From a virus: 64,000 nt of DNA. The notes beneath the pieces are model-generated. The model made no database searches and was not told where the DNA came from. It saw only the letters and a program-made list of their open reading frames with translations. The DNA lies in IMG/VR virus record IMGVR_UViG_3300032245_001163, one strand, 5' to 3'. Positions 26,898-36,427 of this stretch are shown here, piece by piece (the first letter of the stretch is position 1; each line of letters begins with the position of its first letter). The position numbers and the translations under genes are program-made.

Positions 26898-27871
26898 TGA
26901 AAATAATACCAGAGTTTAATGCCACGAAGCTGGTCTTGTGCTGTGGTCCACAACTGCAACTCAACTGTGTTGTCCTCACCTGAAGCCACAATGGATTTCA
27001 GTTCATCTGGAACGTTTGCTGTACGAGTCAAATGATTGCTGTGTTTTACACTCAACACCGAAGGACTTTCTAACAGTGCCCAGGAATTTTTTAAATTGTG
27101 CTGTTGTACATAAGAAAAAATATTCTTCAAGTTGCCAATGTTCAATGCACTCACTGTGGTCCAGGTGTTTAATTCATGCAGTCCCATGTCTTGATATGCC
27201 TGAATATTTTGTTCAACATCCGACCATTTGATAGGCCAACGCACATAGTCATGTCGACGACCAATGCCATCCAAGCTCACTGTCACTGTGACTTTGACGC
27301 CACGGTCAATCAATGCAGGCAATCCAGTGATCAATCTACTACCATTGGTGTTGACTCGCAGATATTTCACATTGGCTGGCAAGTTTTCCAACAATTTTAG
27401 ATAGTTAGGACTGGCACTGGGTTCCCCGCCATTGATGTCCATTTGCACAATACGTTCCACTGGCAGTGTATCAATCAATGCACTGTTGTTGATTTTGGTG
27501 TAGTCTTTTGTGTGTAGGCTACCAATCTTGGTGCTCAACGTTTCGTTGCAAGTCTGGCAGGCGCTGTTGCACACATTGTCCAATACACCACCCAACACAA
27601 GATAATCTGATTTGGCGTCCAGCAGTTGCGCATGTGTGTCCAGCGATTGTTGTCTAATGCTTTTGTTGCCAATGTTCTCAATTTCTTTGCAACGAACACA
27701 TTCATTGGGCCATGAGTCTTGACTCATACTGGTCTGAACATTAGCAAGCCAATCACTAGCATCCATTTGTTGCAGTGATTCAAACCACGGAGCATTGGTC
27801 ATATGGCCACAGCGGCTAACTGTGCCATTGAAATTAAAACGAACAAAATGATCTAGTCTAGGGCAATACAT
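26894..27871 (-). CDS. radical SAM protein with N-terminal twitch-like cluster
   Basis: YCPRL...RCGH, CVRC, CNSACQTC, NGGEP. Confidence 0.88.
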   Translation of the reverse strand: MYCPRLDHFVRFNFNGTVSRCGHMTNAPWFESLQQMDASDWLANVQTSMSQDSWPNECVRCKEIENIGNKSIRQQSLDTHAQLLDAKSDYLVLGGVLDNVCNSACQTCNETLSTKIGSLHTKDYTKINNSALIDTLPVERIVQMDINGGEPSASPNYLKLLENLPANVKYLRVNTNGSRLITGLPALIDRGVKVTVTVSLDGIGRRHDYVRWPIKWSDVEQNIQAYQDMGLHELNTWTTVSALNIGNLKNIFSYVQQHNLKNSWALLESPSVLSVKHSNHLTRTANVPDELKSIVASGEDNTVELQLWTTAQDQLRGIKLWYYFQ

Positions 27872-28478
27872 GTTTTATAATGTCAGGGTGATTGTGTTGA
27901 TAATGATTTAAAATTTGTGCCCAAGTCATTTCTTTGCCTGCTAGATCCAGTAATATTTGATCTAAAAACAACCAAAGCTCAATGTTGGCATCTTCTTCAA
28001 ACAGCATGGTTTCAAACTCTGCAGAAGGAGCAGTTATATAAGCATCAAAATCAATGTCAGTGATCATACCAAAATCACTGAAATTTCTTAGACGTATTTT
28101 TGTATCTTCTCTTAGATACTTGTTGAGATTTGCCAACCAATAGAATTGTGGCAAATAGTGTGTGTTTAAAAATTTATATCGACGTGCAAACCAAAATGCA
28201 GTCAAATAATCTAATTCAGGGTGGTCGCGTTGAAGATGTTGCAAGTAAGTGTTAATGCCACTGACATACCTGGCTCTAGGATCTCGGACGTACACATCTA
28301 CGTAATCGAGAGCACTTATTTCGTCATTGGTGAACACAGCAAGAGAATCTCTTGACTGCTGAATCCGCAAACTGCTGCTTCCGTTTTTCTGAATTAGATA
28401 AACCCATTGACTGTGAAGTGGTAGAGACACCACTTCACATAAGTTTGGAAACAGCTCTGTGTCCAGAGCTGTTCGCAT
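27858..28478 (-). CDS. sulfotransferase-like protein (Sulfotransfer_2 type)
   Basis: IQKNGSSSL (5'-PSB-like), VRDPRARYVSG (3'-PB-like), HYLPQ. Confidence 0.65.
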   Translation of the reverse strand: MRTALDTELFPNLCEVVSLPLHSQWVYLIQKNGSSSLRIQQSRDSLAVFTNDEISALDYVDVYVRDPRARYVSGINTYLQHLQRDHPELDYLTAFWFARRYKFLNTHYLPQFYWLANLNKYLREDTKIRLRNFSDFGMITDIDFDAYITAPSAEFETMLFEEDANIELWLFLDQILLDLAGKEMTWAQILNHYQHNHPDIIKHVLP

Positions 28479-29473
28479 TACTTGGCTTGACGGCTACGGA
28501 TCATGGCCAGGATGTCCTGAGCATTTTGTCCACTGGCTGCAGGCTTGGCCACTGGTGCGGCTGCTGTAGGAGTGTCATCGTCATCAAAACCATTGTCTGC
28601 TGGTGCAGGTGCTGCCACTGATGCTGCTTTGGCTGCTGGTGCAGGTGTATCCTCATCTGCATGTGCGGCTCCAGCACCACCTGGTGCTTGCACACCAGCA
28701 GGACGGAAGTATTGACCCCAACGCTCTGTGTCGTAAGGTTGTCCGTCTACTGAGGCTTCAAACATTTCTTTGATGACCTTGAGTTCAACATCGCCTGGCT
28801 TCTTGGGCAAGAATGTGCTCAAGTCAAACAAACCATGTGTGGCAATAGCGGCTTGTTCGGCTTCTGTAAGTGCTGATTCCTTACGTGCCCACTTTGAAGT
28901 GCTGTAGTCAGCATAGCCACCTTTGGATGTCTTGGTGATACGGAAGTCCAAGCCACGCAAGGTGTCTGTGGGCATTTCTTCCAGCTCAGGATCCATCAAT
29001 GCGCCCTTGATAGTGGCAAAGATTTGTGGGCCGATGATGAAACGTCGGATTGGATTCTCTGGAGTCTTGTCTTCGCTCAGTGGGTTCTCACGCACGAAGC
29101 CTTGGAAAACGTAACTGCGTTTTTTCCAATATTTGCGACCCATTTCTTCAAGGCTCTTGTCCTTGAACCAGGTGCGTACTTCTGCAAGAATAGGACATGC
29201 TTCGCCCCACATTTCCACACAAGGTACTTGCACATACACTTGTTTGGAATCCCCTTCGCCTTTGATGCCAGCGAATGGTAAACGAATCATTGCTCGTTCT
29301 TGCCAGAAAAATGTGTTTTTTGTATTTGCATCGGGAAGGAATCGCAGTGTTGCACTTTGTCCTTCTTCCATGTTCCAATGTGGATAAATCGAATTGTCTC
29401 CACCGGTGGATTGCCCACCTTTGTTACCCTCTGCTGCCTGTAGTCTTGCTCTGATTTCTGCTAATGATGCCAT
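28478..29473 (-). CDS. single-stranded DNA-binding protein (T4 gp32-like)
   Basis: LRFLP, VPCVEMWGEACPI, YWKKRSY, GYADYSTSKW, acidic/Ala-Pro linker. Confidence 0.88.
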   Translation of the reverse strand: MASLAEIRARLQAAEGNKGGQSTGGDNSIYPHWNMEEGQSATLRFLPDANTKNTFFWQERAMIRLPFAGIKGEGDSKQVYVQVPCVEMWGEACPILAEVRTWFKDKSLEEMGRKYWKKRSYVFQGFVRENPLSEDKTPENPIRRFIIGPQIFATIKGALMDPELEEMPTDTLRGLDFRITKTSKGGYADYSTSKWARKESALTEAEQAAIATHGLFDLSTFLPKKPGDVELKVIKEMFEASVDGQPYDTERWGQYFRPAGVQAPGGAGAAHADEDTPAPAAKAASVAAPAPADNGFDDDDTPTAAAPVAKPAASGQNAQDILAMIRSRQAK

Positions 29474-29492
29474 AGTTTTTTCTCCTTAATAA

Positions 29493-29541
29493 GTTGCCTA
29501 TGTTATGTTGCCTATCTAAATGTTTAGATCTTAGTTGCCTG
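29493..29541 (-). repeat. three AGGCAAC repeats and a hairpin in the ssb leader
   Basis: acAGGCAACtaagatctaaacatttagatAGGCAACataacatAGGCAACttattaaggag. Confidence 0.65.
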
Positions 29542-29553
29542 TGATACACAAAC

Positions 29554-29590
29554 AAAAAAGCGCAAACACTGTAGTAGTATATGCGCTCTT
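29554..29590 (-). terminator. probable terminator overlapping the ssb -10 box
   Basis: AGCGCAtATACT-actac-AGTGTtTGCGCT followed by a T run. Confidence 0.55.
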
Positions 29591-29604
29591 TGTCTACGTG
29601 TCAA
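29576..29604 (-). promoter_or_regulatory. sigma70-type promoter of ssb (late TATAAATA also at 29608-29615)
   Basis: TTGACA-N17-TATACT. Confidence 0.8.
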
Positions 29605-29615
29605 GTGTATTTATA

Positions 29616-32450
29616 TCATTTGAGCAAAGCCAGTGATTTTATTCTTGCCAGAAGTGCATCGCCTTCTTGGGTCGGAGTTTCTTTGCCCTCGTAGTATGCA
29701 CCGGTCATTGCGGCATTGTAATTGATTGGATCGTTAACGCCTTCGTCCGCATATTGTCTATCAATTGTGTATTCACCGTCTGTGTTGGTTGTTGTGGTGT
29801 ATCTTTTCTTTCCGCTTGGATTGGTATCTGTTGAAGTTATCTTTTCAGTATAACTGTCTTTTCCATCCTTGTTGGTTACTGTGCGGGATCCAGTTACTTC
29901 ACTATCGTAAGTGTCCCAATCTGAATCAGTCGATTCTGCCATGTTGCCACGGGTTCGGTTTCTCAACTGTGCCAATTGCTGGAACATGGATGATTTTTGA
30001 TTACGAGTATCCAACTGATCAGTTGGTGCTGGAACTTCTGCAGCAGGTTCTGGTCTAAAGTTAGGTAATTTCATGCTTGGGCTTGAACCCAACTTTGCAC
30101 GTGGCAATGAATAATCTGTTCCAGGACTTGCTGATTGGCTGCGCTCAGTATCACCTTGCCGATCTTCTATGTCTGAAAATGGTGGTGCTGTTGGTGCTGT
30201 TGGCGGAATAGGTGAGAGTTGCTGTGTGCGTCTTTTCACAAAAGCCACCGGATCTTGTTGATATTCTAGATCTGTGAGTTTGTCTTGCATGTATTGTTGG
30301 TTGCGCTTTTCTAAATCAGCATCTAATGCAGCCTTACGTGCTATGTAACCTGCTTCTGCATCCTTCTTCAATGCAGGCAACTTGGCCATGTCTGCTGGAG
30401 TGTTGAGTCCGTGCTTGCTGGCCAGGAATCGTTGACGCATCAAGTCATCTTGACTCATTCCTGATTTGCTCAACAAGTCTTCTAATTCATCAAACTCGTT
30501 GTTGTATCCACCTCTGTAGTCTGGGTCATTCACGCCTTCATACATTCCACCACATTCGGCTAGTCCGTGTTCTGGGCAGTAAGAACCTTCGGCAGTCATA
30601 TTGCATGATCCTTCGCTTACTGGCATGATCATTGGGGTGATTAGGTTTTCATTCATGCCAAGATCTTCGGCAAAACGATCACTGATCCATTCAGATGTAT
30701 CTATGTCTTCACCAGTTTTCGCGCCATATGGCATATCGTCATAGTAGTAATCATACAATACTTGCTCCAAATGACGACTCATTTCACCAGTTTGCATGAA
30801 GTCTTTGACATCACGTTTGTATGTGTCTTTGATGTGTTCCAGTGTGCTGCCTGTTGAATCAGTTAGCACACCTTCGTTAACCGGCACACCAGCGTGTTTC
30901 AGCATGCGAGACAATTCATTGCTTTCTACAAATGTGGCCATGTTGTCACCTTCCGCCATGCCTTGCTGTTCACGTTTTAGTGCAACATCCTCTGCCCATG
31001 CCCAACCGCTTTCGCCATCACTCATGTCGTACAAAAATTCTGCCACTTGGCGGCCACCCATGACACCTTTGTTGACCAGTCCTTTACGCATCCATTCTAC
31101 TTCTGGTGTAATCATCTTGTAAAAGTTACGGCTGTTTTTGAAGTGCTTTGCATCCATGTGTTGTTGTGAGCCTTCTTTCACAGCCGGTGCTGTGTCTTGT
31201 GGCACATCGGCAGGTTCTGCTTCGGTGCTCTGAGGAGTTTGCACACCCAGTTCAGCCAGTCTGCGTTGCACATCTGAGTCGTCCCAAATGTTGGCGCGAC
31301 CTTCACTACGGTCAGCCAAGTCGTTTAGAATATCAAACAACTCATCATCGCCTACAATGTCATACAACAACTCAGTGGCATTGGTAGCATCAGGACCAAC
31401 TATGAGTTCGCCGCTCATCAACTGGTTGAGTTTTTCCATTTGCTCAGGAGTTTCTGGTAGTGCCCAAGTGCCTTCACTGAGGTTTTGGATCCAGTTTTCA
31501 AATATTTGTGCTTCTTTCATATTGTTTCCTTGTTGTTGTATCTTGGCCAGTGTGGGCAAGGCAGCTTCAATTCTAGCATCCAGTGTTTGTTCCACAAACA
31601 AGTCGCGTAGATTTTCTACCAGGGCTTCAGCCTCACCTGTTTGGTCAGGAGCCCAGGACTCAAAGTATGCTTGATAACCACGTGGGTTGCCAAGATGCTT
31701 CATTGTTTCTTGTAAGTTTTGATAGTATTGTTTTGCGCTTTCCACAAGATCTTGTGTGATACCTTCAAACACACGATTGTGTTGCGCACGGTTGAAACGG
31801 CTTAACACAGCCATTTCTGATACCATCTCTGTGATGTGATTGCCACGAATATCATACGGGCGTCCACCTTGTCGCACATGTTCTAGCATGGCTCTACCAG
31901 CCGCTAGACTTTTGAATGGTAGTCGAAAGCGTTCTTGGTCAGCAGTTTCAATAAACAAACTTTCCACATAGCGATAACGCTTGTCGTTTTCGCCCAACTG
32001 ACGATTGTGTTTGATCACTAATCTGGCCTGTGTTTGCTCGCCCATGTAGCTGACCTTGCGATTGCCATAATAACCTTCGAACAAGCCTTCTTTGATGGCA
32101 GCGATACCAGCCAAGGTGTGTTTGAGTTTGTTGATTTCTGTAGGACTCCATGTTGCACCATGGCTGGTGGCCTGATTGCTGAGTTGTTCTAAGAAGTCAA
32201 ACCACTCTTGTTTGTCCTCAGGCTCCATGCCCCTGCCTAGATTATCCCCGTAAAAAAGACTGAGCTCTGAATCAGAAATCACGCACACTGCTGTACCATA
32301 ATTTTTTCCCGAGTCAGCAACATAGTCAAATTTTATGGTAGTGGCTTCGCCGGCTTCCGAGGGATCGCCCTTTTTGTTAAAGTATTCTGGGTCAAAATTC
32401 TTTGTAACCAGAAAGTCTGCTAGATCTTGAGGTAATGCTTCCATTGTCAT
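29616..32450 (-). CDS. large acidic virion/head protein, probable polyprotein
   Basis: 944 aa; late TAAATA at 32458-32463; follows terL; many hydrophobic-x-E sites. Confidence 0.6.
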   Translation of the reverse strand: MTMEALPQDLADFLVTKNFDPEYFNKKGDPSEAGEATTIKFDYVADSGKNYGTAVCVISDSELSLFYGDNLGRGMEPEDKQEWFDFLEQLSNQATSHGATWSPTEINKLKHTLAGIAAIKEGLFEGYYGNRKVSYMGEQTQARLVIKHNRQLGENDKRYRYVESLFIETADQERFRLPFKSLAAGRAMLEHVRQGGRPYDIRGNHITEMVSEMAVLSRFNRAQHNRVFEGITQDLVESAKQYYQNLQETMKHLGNPRGYQAYFESWAPDQTGEAEALVENLRDLFVEQTLDARIEAALPTLAKIQQQGNNMKEAQIFENWIQNLSEGTWALPETPEQMEKLNQLMSGELIVGPDATNATELLYDIVGDDELFDILNDLADRSEGRANIWDDSDVQRRLAELGVQTPQSTEAEPADVPQDTAPAVKEGSQQHMDAKHFKNSRNFYKMITPEVEWMRKGLVNKGVMGGRQVAEFLYDMSDGESGWAWAEDVALKREQQGMAEGDNMATFVESNELSRMLKHAGVPVNEGVLTDSTGSTLEHIKDTYKRDVKDFMQTGEMSRHLEQVLYDYYYDDMPYGAKTGEDIDTSEWISDRFAEDLGMNENLITPMIMPVSEGSCNMTAEGSYCPEHGLAECGGMYEGVNDPDYRGGYNNEFDELEDLLSKSGMSQDDLMRQRFLASKHGLNTPADMAKLPALKKDAEAGYIARKAALDADLEKRNQQYMQDKLTDLEYQQDPVAFVKRRTQQLSPIPPTAPTAPPFSDIEDRQGDTERSQSASPGTDYSLPRAKLGSSPSMKLPNFRPEPAAEVPAPTDQLDTRNQKSSMFQQLAQLRNRTRGNMAESTDSDWDTYDSEVTGSRTVTNKDGKDSYTEKITSTDTNPSGKKRYTTTTNTDGEYTIDRQYADEGVNDPINYNAAMTGAYYEGKETPTQEGDALLARIKSLALLK

Positions 32451-32460
32451 AGTTGTGTAT

Positions 32461-34050
32461 TTAGTGTAACATTGATATGAATGGCATTGGTTCTATGATA
32501 TTATCGCTGTGATCTTTCATTTGTGTGTCTAGTTCTGCATGATAAGTCTGCAACATCATCAGCATGCGTACAGCCAACAGCGAGCTCATCACAAGATCGT
32601 CTGTTTCTCCAGGCTTGGCAGCATAACTGCCCCCTGCAGCAACAAATGTTTTGAGTTCTGAGATCAAGGGTCTGCTGTACAGCTTCATACGACCAGATTC
32701 TACCAGCACTTTGAACTTGTTGCAGGCTGTGAGTTTGGCTTTGTTTGTGGTGTTGAACCCTTTGCGGAATCTGCGTCCTGTGGTACCAGTAACTGAATTA
32801 TCACTCAAAAAGTACCCTTTGATGTTTTCTTCGCCGTATTCGCTGATACTGATTAGCGCAGCTTCGCCGATGGTGTTGTTTTCCACTGAATAGTAGATCT
32901 TTTTATCATCTTTGGTGATTTCATACAATTCATTCACAATGTCAGCCAGTAATTTGACTTGTGTGGGAATATCAGTTTTGTTGTGCCTCCATTCGGCCAC
33001 TTGTTCTGTAGTATCTGCTTCAAATACCTGTATGGCACTGGGATCGCCACCAGTGCCCAGGCTGGGATCCAGCGCCACAATGTATATTTTATCCTTGGTG
33101 GGTGTTTTATACCAACGCACTTGTCCTGTACGGCGCTGGGGTTCCACACCTTCCAAGTCCAACAATTTGGTAGGAGCGATTAGTGTTTCGTCATTGATAA
33201 CAAACTCACATTCCATTTCTCGCCGGAATCGATCTTCGCCTAGTTGTGCTAATTGTTCCAATCCCCACTGCTCATCTCTGTCAGGATGTTCACGCCAGTT
33301 GCTTCTAAATGCACGGAATCCGTTGATGCCCAGTTCTGTGGTGTTGCCATGCTCGTCCTGGGTCTTGTTGGCACCTTTCCACAGGTACGCAAATTGATCT
33401 TCGTCTGAGTTTGGAGTTGATGTGATAATGGCCTTACCACCTGTGGCCAGTGTGGGGCTAATAGAAGTCCAGAACTCTCGAGCAATAGTGGGTCGCACAA
33501 ACGCAAATTCGTCAGCGTACAGCAAGGATATACTCATACCCCGTCCAGTTGTTTCTGTAGTTGTCTGCGCCACAATACGTGATCCGTTTTCAAATTCCAA
33601 TGAGTTCTTGTTGTAGCTGGTGGCACCTGCTCGGATATGATTAGGGCACAGTTCATATGCATAACGTATACGTTGCATGATCTCCTGCGCACCTGTGTAT
33701 TTGTGTGCGGCAACTAGAATAGTCGAGTCCGGCACAAACATTGCATACCACAACAGGTAGCCAGCAGCTGAGGTTGACTTGCCTGTTTGTCGGGGCATTA
33801 GCGATATTGAATATCTGTAGTTGTGATATGTTTCAATCAGTCTGGTTTGATACTCAAATGGATGATACAACATCTTGCCGCGTGTGGGATGCTGAATAAA
33901 AAAGAAGTTGTCCATGAAGTACAATGGACCAGTTTTGGGATCAGCGCATCGGGCAAACTCCAGCAGTTCATCTTCAGTGTAGACTTCTTTGCGGTGTGGT
34001 GCCTTGACCAGCACTGTTTCTAAATTTTTACTTGTTGGTGGTGCGATCAT
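32461..34050 (-). CDS. terL: terminase large subunit (gp17-like)
   Basis: YQ motif, PRQTGKS, LYADEFAF, TSTPN, nuclease ALDPS..GGD, DDLVMS. Confidence 0.95.
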   Translation of the reverse strand: MIAPPTSKNLETVLVKAPHRKEVYTEDELLEFARCADPKTGPLYFMDNFFFIQHPTRGKMLYHPFEYQTRLIETYHNYRYSISLMPRQTGKSTSAAGYLLWYAMFVPDSTILVAAHKYTGAQEIMQRIRYAYELCPNHIRAGATSYNKNSLEFENGSRIVAQTTTETTGRGMSISLLYADEFAFVRPTIAREFWTSISPTLATGGKAIITSTPNSDEDQFAYLWKGANKTQDEHGNTTELGINGFRAFRSNWREHPDRDEQWGLEQLAQLGEDRFRREMECEFVINDETLIAPTKLLDLEGVEPQRRTGQVRWYKTPTKDKIYIVALDPSLGTGGDPSAIQVFEADTTEQVAEWRHNKTDIPTQVKLLADIVNELYEITKDDKKIYYSVENNTIGEAALISISEYGEENIKGYFLSDNSVTGTTGRRFRKGFNTTNKAKLTACNKFKVLVESGRMKLYSRPLISELKTFVAAGGSYAAKPGETDDLVMSSLLAVRMLMMLQTYHAELDTQMKDHSDNIIEPMPFISMLH

Positions 34051-34753
34051 TTAAAATTCTTTCTGCTAAAATTTCATGTCCTCTTGGACCAGCATGCATG
34101 TAATCTCTAGCATACTCTAATTTTTCTCTACTGTCAGCCATATAGACGTTGGCATCATATAACTGACATGGAACATTAATTGTGCGACAAAGTTGTTGCA
34201 ACGCCAATTTATTTTTTACAGAATTTAATCTGCTGTTTTCACTATTTAACATCCATTCAGTAATAAACGCATCACTGGCAGTTGGGGGCAAATTTGTAGG
34301 CATGTACACCATGTGTTCTTTTTGTGTTAGCACTTCAATTCTATCCACAGGAGGAGCAAGCATGACAACTAATGCAGGATTTAATCTCGGCAGCCAATAT
34401 TCAGCCAATCTAAAACAACTGTCCGCAGCATAACCTCCCCAGGCCAAGTTAACAACTTGCAACCCCAGTGCTTGTCCTACCAACCAAGGCCAAGTGGTTT
34501 CAACTGGTAATCCTATGCCCGCGGTATAACTGCATCCTAGTGCCACTATGCAAGGATCATTGTTGAATTCTTCGCATCTAAATCCTTCACTGTTGAATCG
34601 ATAAGTTATGGCACCTGGCTGATCCCAACCTTTTTCAGCAAAATATTGTTGATGTTCGGGTTCCTGCATCATTCTTGCAAATGATTCTGGTGTGTCAGAT
34701 GACAGCCATTCAAGAACAGAATTTGCTAATCGTTTTCCAGCATGCCAAGTCAT
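34028..34753 (-). CDS. SGNH-like hypothetical protein
   Basis: YRFNSEGFR, LGCSYTAG, NLAWGG, ARDYMHAG (DxxH). Confidence 0.6.
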   Translation of the reverse strand: MTWHAGKRLANSVLEWLSSDTPESFARMMQEPEHQQYFAEKGWDQPGAITYRFNSEGFRCEEFNNDPCIVALGCSYTAGIGLPVETTWPWLVGQALGLQVVNLAWGGYAADSCFRLAEYWLPRLNPALVVMLAPPVDRIEVLTQKEHMVYMPTNLPPTASDAFITEWMLNSENSRLNSVKNKLALQQLCRTINVPCQLYDANVYMADSREKLEYARDYMHAGPRGHEILAERILNDRTTNK

Positions 34754-34754
34754 G

Positions 34755-35891
34755 TTATAGTTCCTTTGCTATATTGGGCCACAAATCCACAAATTGTGTG
34801 GTCTTCTTTAGCATTGTTTCAATATCTTTATGCCATAATAACAAATCTGGTACAAAATCTTGATTGCCTAAATAACTGTTGTCAATCAATGTAGCACGAT
34901 AACGCAACAACACATCAGTGCTTAATTGTGTTTGATCTTGATATTTGGCCACTACGCGATCAATTTCTTCTACAGCAAGTTGTCGTAATGCAGAGGATTG
35001 ACGTCTTATATCCAGGTCCCAAGGGTTGGTCAATTCACACCAAAAAATATCTAATTGTTGATCAGCACAGAAGTCATAGTATTCCATCAAGTCTAATGCA
35101 CAGTAAACAGAATAAGCTGGATGTGCTTGAACTTTTTGACCGTCTCTTTTCATAATTTGTATGTTGTCAACAAACTGTGTCCATGACGCACCATGTCTGA
35201 CATATTCAAACTTGCTTTTGTCAGCATTGTCAAAACTGATCATCCAACTGACATTGGGCCAAGTCTTGAGTCGTTGATAGACAGCATTGTGTTCAAGATC
35301 CATGCTGAGATTTGTAGTAATCATTACACCGACCTTGTTGGCATCAATATAGTCTAAAAATTGTTCCAGTCCTCGTTGCAACAAAGGTTCGCCACCGCCT
35401 AGGCTCAGTCCTTGTATGTTGTGCCCTTGTGTGCGGGCTAGTTCTATTAGATCTGCATGTTCGTTCTTGACATGGTTGATGGGAATCTTTTTTATGCTTT
35501 GCCATGCTGTGCTGGTTTCGGGATTGCAGTACACGCAGGCAAGATTGCACAAGTTGCTCCAGTTTACAACTAGATGTTCTAGTTTGAAAAAATCAACGTC
35601 TGCATCAATTGCGGCTATGGTTTCTGCACTGGCTCGACGCACAGTTCTACCACTGACTCCTGTGGTTTCTTCCAATCTTTTGCACCATGCACATCCAGGT
35701 GCCCACTCTCCCTGTGCCATGGCCTGTTTCATGCCATTGATCACTGGTCCTGTTATAACTTCTTGAATGGTGTTTTTCTTTATGTTGCCAATCATGTCCA
35801 CACAGTGAAAGCACGGACTGACTTCGCCAGCTTGATCAATGTTGAGGCTGGTCCAAGGTGCTGGACAGAATGTGGGACTTTGACTAATCAT
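34755..35891 (-). CDS. radical SAM protein with N-terminal twitch-like cluster
   Basis: FCPAPW...PCFHC, CAWC, CNLACVYC, GGGEPLL; ATGA-coupled start at 35891. Confidence 0.9.
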   Translation of the reverse strand: MISQSPTFCPAPWTSLNIDQAGEVSPCFHCVDMIGNIKKNTIQEVITGPVINGMKQAMAQGEWAPGCAWCKRLEETTGVSGRTVRRASAETIAAIDADVDFFKLEHLVVNWSNLCNLACVYCNPETSTAWQSIKKIPINHVKNEHADLIELARTQGHNIQGLSLGGGEPLLQRGLEQFLDYIDANKVGVMITTNLSMDLEHNAVYQRLKTWPNVSWMISFDNADKSKFEYVRHGASWTQFVDNIQIMKRDGQKVQAHPAYSVYCALDLMEYYDFCADQQLDIFWCELTNPWDLDIRRQSSALRQLAVEEIDRVVAKYQDQTQLSTDVLLRYRATLIDNSYLGNQDFVPDLLLWHKDIETMLKKTTQFVDLWPNIAKEL

Positions 35892-36427
35892 TGTGGGTGT
35901 ATCCATGTATATGAAGTTATTCTATAACTGTCCGAAGGTGTGAGCATGGCATGCCACAGCAGCGGTCTATATCCTTGTTCATTGGCTTGATTGATCATGA
36001 TATAACCGGCATTAGGCTGCTCAGGTGTTTGATAGCGCAGGGTTGAAGAATCTTTGTGCCAGTAAAATGCTGTGCCAGGACCCTGCCAAGTTAGATGCAT
36101 GCTGCCTGGCATTTCACCGTCAGTGTGCATGCTACAAGTAAATCCTGGTTCATCCAGCCACCAGGCAGTGCCCGAGTAAGCATGTAATTGTTTTCCCACT
36201 TGTTGTTCTATCACAGGCCATTGACTGTTGATTTCTTCATGCCATTGTTTGATCCAAGGGATCGCTGAGTCTATTATGCGTCTACGTGCCCAGTTTTCTT
36301 GTCCTTCTTGGCGTTGCCAGGGTAATGTCAACCAATCAGTTTTTAGAACTTTGGTGGCCAGTTCCGCACTCACTGCATGTTCTATACGGAACAAATTGTT
36401 TTCGCCATCTACAGCAGTCACAAACAT
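35888..36427 (-). CDS. 2OG-Fe(II) oxygenase superfamily protein
   Basis: HTD...GTAF...WH...R-x-T facial triad pattern; start probably 36427. Confidence 0.7.
   Translation of the reverse strand: MFVTAVDGENNLFRIEHAVSAELATKVLKTDWLTLPWQRQEGQENWARRRIIDSAIPWIKQWHEEINSQWPVIEQQVGKQLHAYSGTAWWLDEPGFTCSMHTDGEMPGSMHLTWQGPGTAFYWHKDSSTLRYQTPEQPNAGYIMINQANEQGYRPLLWHAMLTPSDSYRITSYTWIHPQ

Noticed and set aside
32461-34050. Inteins or introns in terL, uvsX, uvsW or primase
   Set aside because: Lengths are normal, motifs are contiguous, and no splice-junction motifs were seen.
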